Source: Candidatus Poribacteria bacterium
Lineage (GTDB): Bacteria; Poribacteria; WGA-4E; PCPOR2b
Reading direction: 5' to 3'
NCBI GenBank assembly: GCA_965207095.1
Contig: CBDBMC010000001.1
Coordinates: 74,357-138,356 of the forward strand
DNA length: 64,000 bases
The number at the start of each line of letters is the position of its first letter. The first letter of the stretch is position 1. A model generated the notes under the pieces. It made no database searches, had not been told where the DNA came from, and saw only the letters and a list, made by a program, of their open reading frames with translations. Below are positions 28,074 through 37,962 of this stretch, in pieces. The translations under genes and the position numbers were made by a program.

Positions 28074-29849
28074 ATGGATAGATACCCTCTTCATCACTTT
28101 GCGAGGCATACCCTGTGGGGATTAATTCTACTCTTCCTCTTTTGTACAAGTTTCAACCTGAGCCTTGCCACAGGGATCGGTTCTGTATTGAGTCTCGATG
28201 GCGACGGCGACGAAGTCCGTGTTGAAGACGCACCGTCCTTAGTTATCACCAATGAACTAACCATCGAGGCGTGGATTTACCCGTTAGGAGAGGGTTCAGG
28301 TTGGGCTCACACCGGAAGAGAGGGAGGAATTATCGTCAATAAGGAGGGCGAATATGAACTTGGGCGATTTGAGGACGGTAGCATTCGATTCGCTGTTAGC
28401 AATAGGGATCCAGGTTGGAATTGGATTAATACCGAATATGTCGTTCCCGAGGGCACATGGGCCCATCTCGCATTCACCTATTCAGTGCACACACAAATCT
28501 TCCAATTGTTTGCCAATGGGGTACTGGTGTTTTCAAGCCGCGGCATAGGGGAAATTGGGGATATTTATGAGACGCATAATTACTTCAAGATAGGCGCGCG
28601 CCGTGAAGAGGCTCGGAATTTTTTCGATGGGAGGATTGACGAAGTTCGGCTCTGGGACTTTGTCCGCACGGAAGCCGACATCCAAGCCACAATGGACACC
28701 TCGCTTCAGGGAGATGAGGCGGGCCTGGTCGGTTACTGGAACTTCGATGATGGGACAGCCAACGACCGATCCGACCATGGGAATCACGGCATCTTAGTCG
28801 GCAATGCAGAGATCATTGGGAATCTGCCACGACTCTTCTTCTCCACAACCGATCCGATAAACGTACATGATACATTCACACTCGATCTCACGGCCGAAGG
28901 GTTTACCAATTTTGCCGGTTGGGAACTCGATATTGCCTTCGATCCCGCTATTCTCAACGTCATTTCCGTCAGTGAAGGGGATTTTCTTTTAAAGGACGGT
29001 GGACAAACCTTCTTTCAAGCGGGTAACGTCAACAATAGTGTTGGCGAAATTACCGGCTTCGCAGCGGTACACATCGGCGTAGGTGGCGTCAGCGGAACTG
29101 GGCCCCTCCTATCCATAATCTTTGAAGGAAAGGCACTCGGAGAGGGAAATTTAAGGTTACACGACGTGAGGATGGGGGATGCGAGCGGAGCCCCAATTTC
29201 CTTCAGGTTTGCCAGCAGGCTAATTATCGTAGGCAACTCGTGGGATGTCAATAAGGATGGACATATAAACATCTTTGATTTAATTGTAGTCGCCCAGAAC
29301 TTTGGTCAATCCGACCCGCAAGCCGATGTCAACGGGAGTGGAATAGTTGATATCTTCGATCTCGTTGAGGTCGCTCGACGTTTGGGCGAATCTACAGTCG
29401 GCTTAGCTCCCGGCGTAGGAATGAGGCATCTTTCGGGAATCAATTCCGAGACAATTCAGAATTGGATAGATATGGCGCATACAGCAGATGATGGCTCACT
29501 TGCCTTTCAGGAAGGCATCATTAACCTTGAACACCTGTTAGCGGCAATACGCCCAGACCAAACTGCCCTACTTGCGAACTATCCTAATCCGTTCAATCCA
29601 GAGACATGGATACCGTATCAACTCGCCCACGCTGTGGACGTAACATTTACCATCTATGACACTCAAGGCACGCTGGTCCGTCAATTCGATTTAGGACATC
29701 AGCAGGTGGGATATTACACCGATAGGACACGAGCCGCATACTGGGATGGACGCAACCACTTCGGTGAGTCAGTGGGGAGTGGTATCTATTTCTACCAGCT
29801 ACGTGCAGGCGATTATTCCACCACGCGAAAGATGGTCATACTAAAATAG
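28074..29849 (+). CDS. Secreted LamG (concanavalin-like) - cohesin - dockerin - T9SS C-terminal-domain protein
   Basis: 591 aa; LamG_3-like RIDEVRLWD segment, cohesin-like FTLDLTAEGFTNFAGWELDIAFDP, duplicated dockerin Ca-binding repeats DVNKDGHINIFDL / DVNGSGIVDIFDL, tail about 92% identical to that of 26209-28038. Confidence 0.8.
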   Translation: MDRYPLHHFARHTLWGLILLFLFCTSFNLSLATGIGSVLSLDGDGDEVRVEDAPSLVITNELTIEAWIYPLGEGSGWAHTGREGGIIVNKEGEYELGRFEDGSIRFAVSNRDPGWNWINTEYVVPEGTWAHLAFTYSVHTQIFQLFANGVLVFSSRGIGEIGDIYETHNYFKIGARREEARNFFDGRIDEVRLWDFVRTEADIQATMDTSLQGDEAGLVGYWNFDDGTANDRSDHGNHGILVGNAEIIGNLPRLFFSTTDPINVHDTFTLDLTAEGFTNFAGWELDIAFDPAILNVISVSEGDFLLKDGGQTFFQAGNVNNSVGEITGFAAVHIGVGGVSGTGPLLSIIFEGKALGEGNLRLHDVRMGDASGAPISFRFASRLIIVGNSWDVNKDGHINIFDLIVVAQNFGQSDPQADVNGSGIVDIFDLVEVARRLGESTVGLAPGVGMRHLSGINSETIQNWIDMAHTADDGSLAFQEGIINLEHLLAAIRPDQTALLANYPNPFNPETWIPYQLAHAVDVTFTIYDTQGTLVRQFDLGHQQVGYYTDRTRAAYWDGRNHFGESVGSGIYFYQLRAGDYSTTRKMVILK

Positions 29850-29880
29850 CAGGTACTGATGACAACGTAGGATATTACCC

Positions 29881-32175
29881 CTAAAACTCAACCGTCAAAC
29901 CCAGATACGGGACTATGGGCAATTGGTAGAGGTATCGCTCTTCCGTATAGCTCCGATTGTAATCGACATCTAACACATTTTTCCGATTATACGCATTGAG
30001 TAACTCAAGGAAGATGCCCCACCGCCAACGCTGATAGATGAACGACTTGCTGATACGGATGTCCAAACGGTGGAACGGCGGTACCCGTGCCGAGTTGGTT
30101 TCGCCGAAGAGGGGAGTGTAGCGGGGCCGCCCTGTATCGGGATGGCGCATGATCTCCCTACCGACCACCGGCGTGTACGGATTGCCGGTCCGGTATTGCC
30201 ATTTCGCACCGACCTCCCATGTCGGTGTGATCAGATAGCTTGCTGTGAGTGTTGCGACGTGGGGTTGATCAAACGAATAGAGGCGCTCCATATCACCGGG
30301 ACGGTCTTCGCGTTTAGAAACGGAGTAGGCGTAGTTCGCCCAGGTGAAGAATCGGTCGCCGGCGCGATGTTTGAGAGAAATCTCAACGCCGCGCGCATAG
30401 CCCTGTCCTTGGTTAAGGTATCCCACACTCTCGTCACGGGTAATCAAATCCCTAAAATCCTTCTGATAGCCTGCAACCTTGAGCCGTGTTTGGGAACTAA
30501 TTTCCCGCTCTACTTCCAAAATATAGTGCGTCGCAGTACTCTCCTTCACCTCCGGATTTCCGTATCCCGGAATAATTTGCCACGGATAGGGGCTAATCTC
30601 GTATCTGCCGTAGGCAAATCGGAGCTCTGAGCCGCCTGGCATATTGAATTGAAGGCTGCCCCTTGGTCCCACGGAGACGCGATCGGTAAGGTTAAAATAG
30701 TCCAGCCGCAGCCCCAACGTCACGGATAAGAACGCAAACGGATCATACCGGTTCTGGAGATATCCCTCAATAACGTTGAACCGTTCCGCAAAGTCCACAG
30801 AGATCTTTTCCGCAAAAGTGAAAAATTGGGATTCGCTCGCCTGTGGATCCCCTTCATCGGCGCGGCGAGGAAAGTTGGCAGATCCATTCCACTGCGCTGT
30901 CGAAACAAGCACCCCCGATTCGAGCTGATGTTTCGAATTCAAGCGATAGGCGAGATCTTCGCGAACTTCGTATTGGATCGGCTCCAGTCTCAGGAAAAGT
31001 CCTTGACCAAAGCTAAAGGCTTGTAAAAAACTCGCACGCGAGACTGAGAGATGTGATGTGAGACGGTCAGTCAGCGTTGATCTGAGATCTGCAGCCTGCA
31101 CACCAAACCGCCCCTCAAGGTCGAACCGCCCTGCGAGCGTAGGATCATAATCAACATCTTCCAACCCCAACTTAAATCCCATGACATCGCCCGCAGCAAA
31201 CGCCTTAACGTCGAATTGGTGATTTTCAGAGAAGTCGTAGCTGACCTTCGCCTGATAATCCCAGAATCGTGGAAATGCCGTAATCCGGGTAGTTTCCATC
31301 AGGAAGAGGTCAACATAGCTTCGTCGTCCTGCAAGATACCACGACCCACTCCCTCCAATCGGTCCTTCAACCAACCCTTCCGAATAGAGGAGGTTCACGT
31401 TAAATTTGCCGCCTATCCGGTCTTCCCTGCCACGCCGCGAATAGATGTCTATTACGGCTTGTGCGTCCGCCCCAAACTCCGCCCCAAATCCGCCGGCGTA
31501 GACATCAATCCTGTTAAGCACTTCTGAATTGATAGTTGAAACCAGACCACCGAAGTGGTAGGGATAAAAAAGTGGGGCACGATCAAGGTAAAACCGGTTG
31601 TCGTCGGGGGCGCCACCACGGATATAGAGTTGACCGTCAAAATCGCTTGCGACACCGATCCCGGGCAACGCTTGGAGTGCTCGGAGTGCGTCGCCCGCGC
31701 TGCCGGGGATCCGTTTAATCTCCATAACGCCTACGGTCTGCCGTCCGACGGTCGTCGGTATGGAACGTGATCTGACCTCAACCTCATCTAAGATGGTATC
31801 AACTGGGGCAAGATAAATCTCCACCTCCGTCACCTCGCCCGACTTCACCGTGGCGACGTTGTTTTCTTCAAGGAGGCGGTAACCGATAGCGATGACATTC
31901 AACGTATAATCGCCGGGCGCCAGATCCTCGAATCGAAATTCACCCTTATCATCGGTCAGTATCCGCTGCTCCGTTTCGTCCAACCGAACCGTGGCGTCTC
32001 CTAAGGGCTCATCCGTCCCCTGACCGTAGACCCTCCCACGAATCTCCCCATCCATCACGACGGATCGCTGTGAATATGCAGCAGGTAGATACATGAACAG
32101 GACAGATAAAAGGATGGCGGATAGACACCGAACCGGTCCTTTGATACGGTACCAAGAGTTTATTAGTTCACTCAT
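29881..32175 (-). CDS. TonB-dependent outer-membrane receptor with N-terminal carboxypeptidase-regulatory-like domain
   Basis: 764 aa; signal peptide, CarbopepD_reg-like segment (GRVYG..DATVRL..DDKGEFRFEDLAPGDYTL), plug and beta-barrel with C-terminal aromatic residue. Confidence 0.85.
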   Translation of the reverse strand: MSELINSWYRIKGPVRCLSAILLSVLFMYLPAAYSQRSVVMDGEIRGRVYGQGTDEPLGDATVRLDETEQRILTDDKGEFRFEDLAPGDYTLNVIAIGYRLLEENNVATVKSGEVTEVEIYLAPVDTILDEVEVRSRSIPTTVGRQTVGVMEIKRIPGSAGDALRALQALPGIGVASDFDGQLYIRGGAPDDNRFYLDRAPLFYPYHFGGLVSTINSEVLNRIDVYAGGFGAEFGADAQAVIDIYSRRGREDRIGGKFNVNLLYSEGLVEGPIGGSGSWYLAGRRSYVDLFLMETTRITAFPRFWDYQAKVSYDFSENHQFDVKAFAAGDVMGFKLGLEDVDYDPTLAGRFDLEGRFGVQAADLRSTLTDRLTSHLSVSRASFLQAFSFGQGLFLRLEPIQYEVREDLAYRLNSKHQLESGVLVSTAQWNGSANFPRRADEGDPQASESQFFTFAEKISVDFAERFNVIEGYLQNRYDPFAFLSVTLGLRLDYFNLTDRVSVGPRGSLQFNMPGGSELRFAYGRYEISPYPWQIIPGYGNPEVKESTATHYILEVEREISSQTRLKVAGYQKDFRDLITRDESVGYLNQGQGYARGVEISLKHRAGDRFFTWANYAYSVSKREDRPGDMERLYSFDQPHVATLTASYLITPTWEVGAKWQYRTGNPYTPVVGREIMRHPDTGRPRYTPLFGETNSARVPPFHRLDIRISKSFIYQRWRWGIFLELLNAYNRKNVLDVDYNRSYTEERYLYQLPIVPYLGLTVEF

Positions 32176-32255
32176 TCATTAGTCCATTAAAGAAAGATTC
32201 ATTGGCTCAAGCGTTCATTGGTGCGATTAATGAACCGATGTACCAATGAACCAAC

Positions 32256-33161
32256 CTACGCATCACGTTCGAGTCCGTGCAAAATCTCCTCAAACGTCTC
32301 TGCAACAAATACGCCTGCTTCACGCAACGCTTTCACCTTCCCACGAACCGCCCCGCGTCCGCCCTCGACAATTACTCCAGCATGACCGAACCGCACACCC
32401 TCTAAGTCATCAACAAACCTGCCGGACAGAAAGGCAACTATTCGGAGTCGAGACGGCTTCCCCGTCAATCGCGCTGCGAGTTGTTCCTCCGCAGCGCCGC
32501 CCGGCTCACCATATATGACCACAGCATCGGTGGCAGGATCCGCTTCGAGGCGTTCAATCAGGTCCGTAAAATTGGAACCGATGATTGCATCCCCACCCAC
32601 GCCGATGGCGATACTCTGTCCAACACCACGCCCCGTCAAATAGCTGGCGATTTCGGAGGTCATGCCACCGCTGCGGGAAAGCACAGCGACACTGCCCGGC
32701 ATAAAGGAGCGGCGGACATTATCCACACGTCCGCCGATGGTACCGAGCTTGGCAATTCCCGGACGGATCAGTCCAAGTGAATTGGGACCGATGACGGTGC
32801 AACCAACGTGGCGGGCGGCGACTTGCAATTTACTGGTGTCTAACTGCGGAACCCGTTCCGTCATAATCAGACAGAGCTGCATACCGGCAGAGAAGGACTC
32901 GAGGGCGGCATCAAGCACGGCGGGCGGAGGGACAGAAATGACGCTGACAGTCGGGCGATGCTTCTCAACCGCTGCCGCGACCGTGTCGTAGACGGGTATC
33001 CCATGTACGCACTGCCCTCCCTTTCCGGGCGTCACGCCGGCGACGATATGACTCCCGTAAGCGAGCGAATCCTCAACCATATGGCTCGCCTCTCTGCCGG
33101 TGATGCCCTGAACGAGGACACCTGCGTTCGGGTCAAGCAGCATGGGCGCGATTCCTTTCAA
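32256..33161 (-). CDS. sucD: Succinyl-CoA synthetase alpha-subunit-like CoA-binding protein
   Basis: 301 aa; GITGREASHMVEDSL..GSHIVAGVTPGKGG... Confidence 0.75.
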   Translation of the reverse strand: MKGIAPMLLDPNAGVLVQGITGREASHMVEDSLAYGSHIVAGVTPGKGGQCVHGIPVYDTVAAAVEKHRPTVSVISVPPPAVLDAALESFSAGMQLCLIMTERVPQLDTSKLQVAARHVGCTVIGPNSLGLIRPGIAKLGTIGGRVDNVRRSFMPGSVAVLSRSGGMTSEIASYLTGRGVGQSIAIGVGGDAIIGSNFTDLIERLEADPATDAVVIYGEPGGAAEEQLAARLTGKPSRLRIVAFLSGRFVDDLEGVRFGHAGVIVEGGRGAVRGKVKALREAGVFVAETFEEILHGLERDA

Positions 33162-34337
33162 CAGCCAACTGGGCAGCTGTATCTAATGACACCTCACGTC
33201 CGTACACTTCGACGCCGGCTGCCTCCATGATCTCTCGCGCTTCCGCCTCCCAGTTACCGGGAACACGGAAAAGACTGATTGTGTCTGCTGGCTTCCGTCC
33301 CACACCCTCGATACCCATCAGGACACCGCGTGCGATGACGTCCGCACGGGTATTGTTCACCACATTCATGATAACTGCCATCCCTCTAACGCCCGGCTTC
33401 GACAGCAGGAGCGACGTTATGGCGGCAACCTTCTCTTCAGTTGGGTTTCCGCCTACCTCGCAGTAGTTTGCGGGAGAACCGCCGTGCGCCTTAATTGCGT
33501 CGAAAACGGTCAGGCTTGCGCCACCGCCGCCGATCAGCAACGCGAGATCGCCGTCAAATTCGACCACCCGTCCGGCTACACCCCGATGGTCTATCGCATC
33601 AATTTGTTGTGCCTCAAGTTCCAGAGGGGTGGGCGGACGACCCGCCGCGGTCATCGTCAGTTCGCCCAACGGCTCCAACCGTTCCCTCTGTCGATACACC
33701 GCCTCGTCCTCAATCTCCACCCGCGCATCAAGTCCGATAAGTTTTTCGTCCTTGGCGACGACTAGCGGATTGATTTCCATTGTAACCCCATCGCAGGCGA
33801 GAAATGCTTGGGACAACCTTGGTGAAGGAACTTCACCGACCCCCACGAGCGTTTTGCCCGTCAAGCCGACTTCGGCAGCCAGTCCTCTCGCCTTATACGG
33901 CGCAAGTCCCGTCCACGGATCGAACGGCTGCCGTGCGACCTGATTGCCCTGAGTAGATTCAACGTCCACGCCACCGGCAAGACTTAACAGGGCAACGGGC
34001 AGTTTTGCGACCGTATCCCATGTAATACCAACGTAAAACTCATGTTCGTAGTTTAGTTTCGGTTCAATCGAAATGACATCAACGGTTGTACCGCGGAGTT
34101 CCATTCCGAACAAAGCCTCCGCCGCAGCGACGGCTTGATTAACGGTCTCCGCGAACTTCACCGCTCCGACGTTTCCGCGTCCACCGAAAGGGGTCTGCGC
34201 CTTCAGGACAGCGGGCAGCCCGACACGCACTCAACGGTTGATCGCACCTCGTCCATTGAACCTACCGGTGTCGATTTCGTAAAAATTAAGCCGAAATTAG
34301 AGAGTAACTTTTTGCTTTGATGTTCGAGGAGTCTCAT
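33133..34337 (-). CDS. sucC: Succinyl-CoA synthetase beta-subunit-like ATP-grasp protein with an apparent +1 frameshift near 34226
   Basis: N-terminal 45 codons (MRLLEHQSKKLL...VECV) from ATG 34337 are in a different frame from the body (GLPAVLKAQTPFGGRG...); the paralogous fragment at 36440-36596 reads through in frame, pinpointing one extra C. Confidence 0.65.
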
Positions 34338-34443
34338 CGCTTTTCCTTTTGACGGTGGCACCTTGCGTGATTATACCATATTCCGACAAAAGGATGGAGA
34401 GGTTTTGAGTCGTTTTAACCGACTAACGCCACGCTGTGAGCAC

Positions 34444-34487
34444 AAAAAAGCGGTATCATATCCCCTGAAAGAAGACGTGATACCGCT
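34444..34487 (-). terminator. Rho-independent terminator (AGCGGTATCA stem) followed by T-run on minus strand
   Basis: 10-bp stem, TTTTTT after it on the minus strand, 25 nt downstream of the 34513-35535 stop; duplicated at 36704-36747. Confidence 0.6.
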
Positions 34488-34512
34488 AGTTGTATTACTT
34501 CAAGATGACCCT

Positions 34513-35535
34513 CTAGCGCGTAGGAGGCTCATCATTTGGTTCGGAATGGACAGGAGGTTTGCGTCGTTCCCGTTCAAACTGTCGAGCCGCTTCAGGATCC
34601 ATCTCCCTGAAACGACGGAGCCCCTCTTTTGTGCCGTACTGGTCAAAGAGCTGTTTCGCCTGATCTCGTTGTTCCGGCGACAATCCCTCCCAGCCGCTCG
34701 CTTCAACACCTTTAGCAGCTGTCGGTGCAGGCGGTTGGGCGGTGGGCGGTTGGTATACATGCCTATCTTCGTGGTGAACAGGTTCAGTCGTGACTGAGGT
34801 CTTAGGTTCAGGCATTACAGGAGTCTCCTCAGAACGAGCAGGCGGAAAGTCTATATCCCCATCAATGCTTTCTGAAGAAATGCTATCGGGCGCAGGGGTA
34901 TCGGACCAGAGATGCTCAGGTACATTCCCAAAATGATACTCCTTATAACCCGGCGGAGGCCTTACATTCTCCAAATCCTCCTCATACACGATCTCAAAAT
35001 CGTCCTCGTCGAGCCCCTGTGCTTTCTGAGTCTTTCGTATTGCCAACATTAGTCCATGCCCGCCCTCTGGAAATAGGTAGTGTGCCACTTCTAAGCCAGC
35101 AATCTCTTCATCAATTGTCATACGTTCCCGTTTGTATATTTTTCGCATGTATTCGGAGAGCGTATGAACCTGTGGAATGTCTCCAAACATTTGAATCCAT
35201 TGGTCGTGCACAAAATCTGCTTTCTCGTCTGGAGTGAGGGTTTCTGAAGACGTTTTTTCTGCGGAGGCGGTTTGCTCCTGTGGAAGTGTCTTATGCAGGC
35301 GGTCATCAGGAATGAATCTCTCCCCATTCACTTCAACAACCTGCCCTTCAACAAAGTCGTTAGAATCTTCCATTTCATTTACTGATGAGGAGGAATTGTT
35401 AATAGGTTGGTTAACAACCGCAGGTGATTGAGGTAGATTTTCTATAAAGTTCTTTTCTTCCTTGTTTAGGTAGAAAATCCAGCCAGCCACGAAAACGACT
35501 ATCACTGAGAAAAATAGAATAAACTTTCGCATCAA
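34513..35535 (-). CDS. Hypothetical membrane-anchored protein with conserved C-terminal QLFDQYGT.EGLRRFREMDPEAARQFERERR motif
   Basis: 340 aa; N-terminal TM helix; paralog (frameshifted) at 36773-37923. Confidence 0.6.
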   Translation of the reverse strand: MMRKFILFFSVIVVFVAGWIFYLNKEEKNFIENLPQSPAVVNQPINNSSSSVNEMEDSNDFVEGQVVEVNGERFIPDDRLHKTLPQEQTASAEKTSSETLTPDEKADFVHDQWIQMFGDIPQVHTLSEYMRKIYKRERMTIDEEIAGLEVAHYLFPEGGHGLMLAIRKTQKAQGLDEDDFEIVYEEDLENVRPPPGYKEYHFGNVPEHLWSDTPAPDSISSESIDGDIDFPPARSEETPVMPEPKTSVTTEPVHHEDRHVYQPPTAQPPAPTAAKGVEASGWEGLSPEQRDQAKQLFDQYGTKEGLRRFREMDPEAARQFERERRKPPVHSEPNDEPPTR

Positions 35536-35701
35536 AATACCGTCCCTTCTGAAATCGCTTATTTGTGTAATAACAAGGCAAAAAAAATTGTGATTTTCCC
35601 TTATGGCATACTATTCTTGTTTGAAGAAATTACCGCCGTTTTTTTACCAGCCCCTACGGAGATACGAGTAGAGGCTGGGCTGCCTAGTTTGCTAACGATG
35701 C

Positions 35702-35986
35702 TTAAGTATCACAGCTAGCAACGGTAAAAGTTGTATGAATGGTTACCCATGACACGATCTGATAACTGTGACTAGTGTGTCCCGGGTTACCCATTATATG
35801 GTAGTTATAGTAGTGACCATATCCATCGTATACAACTGGCTCAAGGGTGATTCTAGTGTATGAAAGGTTAGCGCAGTAATTGTCGAAGTCATCGTAATAT
35901 TTTACAACATTTTTTACCCTTATCTTCTCGTCTGCTCCTGCTTCAGCCGATTCCGTAAGATATACGACCATTAGGCCGATCATCAT
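35702..35986 (-). CDS. Possible small Tyr/His/Gly-rich protein (weak call)
   Basis: 94 codons in AT-rich segment downstream of D-repeat copy 1; no convincing SD. Confidence 0.2.
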   Translation of the reverse strand: MMIGLMVVYLTESAEAGADEKIRVKNVVKYYDDFDNYCANLSYTRITLEPVVYDGYGHYYNYHIMGNPGHTSHSYQIVSWVTIHTTFTVASCDT

Positions 35987-36117
35987 GACGAGTGAAAGTG
36001 TGCAGAAGAGAAATGTGCCTCCTTTGAATTGTTAAGAATTTTTCCCTTACATCTATTTTGAGGTTGAGTTGCGACTTATTGAAAATCCATGCTTTTCAAC
36101 TCAACCACAATCTCATA

Positions 36118-36376
36118 AGGAGCAATTATCATGCCAAAAGAGACGAAAACCGCCCAAACCCAGTGGGCATCAGGCTTCAAGCACGAAATGTCCAAAAAGT
36201 CGTTGGAGGAAATAACTTGATATTAGTAAATATTGCTAGCAAATTTTACTAATGTTAGTAAATTTTACTAATCCTCTCGCACAAGTTCTAAGGGGGCAGC
36301 CAAAGCCCGTGCATCGCTGGAAACATCTAACATATCTCACAGCCTTGTCGACTTCAACGAGTGCTTGAGATAAGGT
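36118..36376. repeat. About 260-bp repeat family D, copy 1 (palindrome TTAGTAAATTTTACTAA)
   Basis: Copies at 45487-45750 and 47241-47510; the shared small ORF MPKETK..QTQWASGF is not frame-conserved. Confidence 0.8.
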
Positions 36377-36596
36377 GCGGTACAATATCAATTTTTGGGC
36401 AATCATCAACAACAACGGGCAGCTGAGATAACTTCATTCGCCCACCGAAAGGGGGCTGCGCCTTCAGGACAACGGGCAGCCCAACGCACTCAACAACGGC
36501 TCGCACTTCATCCATCGAGTTGACCGGCGTCGATTCCGTAAAAACCAAGCCGAAGTTGGAGAGTAATGTTTTGCTTTGATGTTCGAGGAGTCTCAT
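36354..36596 (-). pseudogene. Duplicated 5-prime fragment of the sucC-like gene fused to repeat-derived sequence
   Basis: MRLLEHQSKTLLSNFGLVFTESTPVNSMDEVRAVVECVGLPVVLKAQPPFGGR then unrelated tail; part of the segmental duplication 36440-37925. Confidence 0.6.
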
Positions 36597-36703
36597 CGCT
36601 TTTCTCTCTGAAGGTAGTATCTTGCGTGATTATACCATATTCCCACGAAAAGATGGGGAGGTTTTGAGTTGTTTCAACCGACTAACGCCACGCTGTGAGC
36701 ACA

Positions 36704-36747
36704 AAAAAAGCGGTATCATATCCCCTGAAAGAAGACGTGATACCGCT
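36704..36747 (-). terminator. Duplicate of the 34444-34487 terminator
   Basis: Identical stem and T-run. Confidence 0.55.
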
Positions 36748-36772
36748 AGTTGTATTACTTTAAGATAACCCT

Positions 36773-37923
36773 CTAGCGCGTAGGAGGCTCATCATTTGGT
36801 TCGGAATGGACAGGAGGTTTGCGTCGTTCCCGTTCAAACTGTCGAGCCGCTTCAGGATCCATCTCCCTGAAACGACGAAGCCCCTCCGCTGTACCGTACT
36901 GGTCAAACAACTGTTTCGCTGTGTCGTAAGAATCAAGCGATAGCCCTTCACCCATGATTGCCGAAGCCGATGGTGGGATCGCCGGGTGAGTGACATCAAC
37001 CCCTGTCTCGCTGCGGCGTGACGGCGTTTCGGGTTGAAATGATGCAGAAACCGGGGCTTCTGAAGCAGTATCTGTATTACCGCCCTCAGAAAAGTTTGAT
37101 ACCCCTGAATACCCACTAGCCGATACTGACTCACTACCTCCTAACACGCTCCGGGTGGAAGTTCTGCACCTTCTAACGCTCCGGGTGGAAGCCCTGCCCT
37201 GCTGCTGCGTAGCATCTTTTGCATCCAACCCGGTACCGCGCCTTCACCGTCATTGGGTAGGAAACTCACCTTCACCGGCGCCTTATCGGATAAGGGCGGG
37301 GGTATCATCTGAGGCTCTAACATCGCAAGTCTATCGTGTATCGTCTCCCCCTCGGTGCCACGCGGCTCAGCCGTCAGATGCGCTGGACGTTCCAATTCTG
37401 AGCGTAAGATAGCATCGCCCTCATCATACTCCTGACCTATAGGAACTATGACTTTATACATGGTGCCATCAGGTCCAATAACCCGCTGCATGATTTGATG
37501 GCGAGATAGCCGTACCTCCTTTTGATGCGTCTTTAGGTATGCCTCCACTGCGGGCGTTCTCTTGCCTGTTATAAACCATTCCTCTACCTCTAAATCTGAT
37601 TGACTCATCTCTTCTTCGGTATGGATTGAAAAACCGGCGATTTTATAGACATATTTACTACTACTATCAGGCTTATGTTCAGAATCAACACCCCCTGACT
37701 GTGGGGCAAGTGCCGACGCCGACTGACCGGCGGAAACTGCTGGGGCGGCTTCGGAAGAATGCACAGACTGGCCCACAACTGAACGATTAAACGCTTCAGT
37801 TTCCGATATAAACGCCTCAAACGCTACATGGTTCCGATAAGCCTTATACCCCAAATAAGTGACACTGAGCAATGCAATAATACTTACACCAATAACGTAA
37901 GGGTTGAAACGATGCTTTAACAT
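36773..37923 (-). pseudogene. Frameshifted paralog of 34513-35535 (two overlapping ORFs 37141-37923 and 36773-37228)
   Basis: N-terminal TM protein frame and conserved C-terminal motif are in different frames; a 28-bp imperfect tandem duplication (ACGCTCCGGGTGGAAG x2) sits at the shift point 37141-37200. Confidence 0.5.
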
Positions 37924-37962
37924 AGGATCACCTTCTATAAATTGAACTTAGGATGTCAACGG

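Noticed and set aside
36131-36220. Small ORF MPKETKTAQTQWASGFKHEM... conserved in all three D repeats
   Set aside because: Downstream of codon about 20 the copies differ by single-nucleotide indels that change the frame. Conservation is therefore at the DNA level and it is most likely not a peptide gene.
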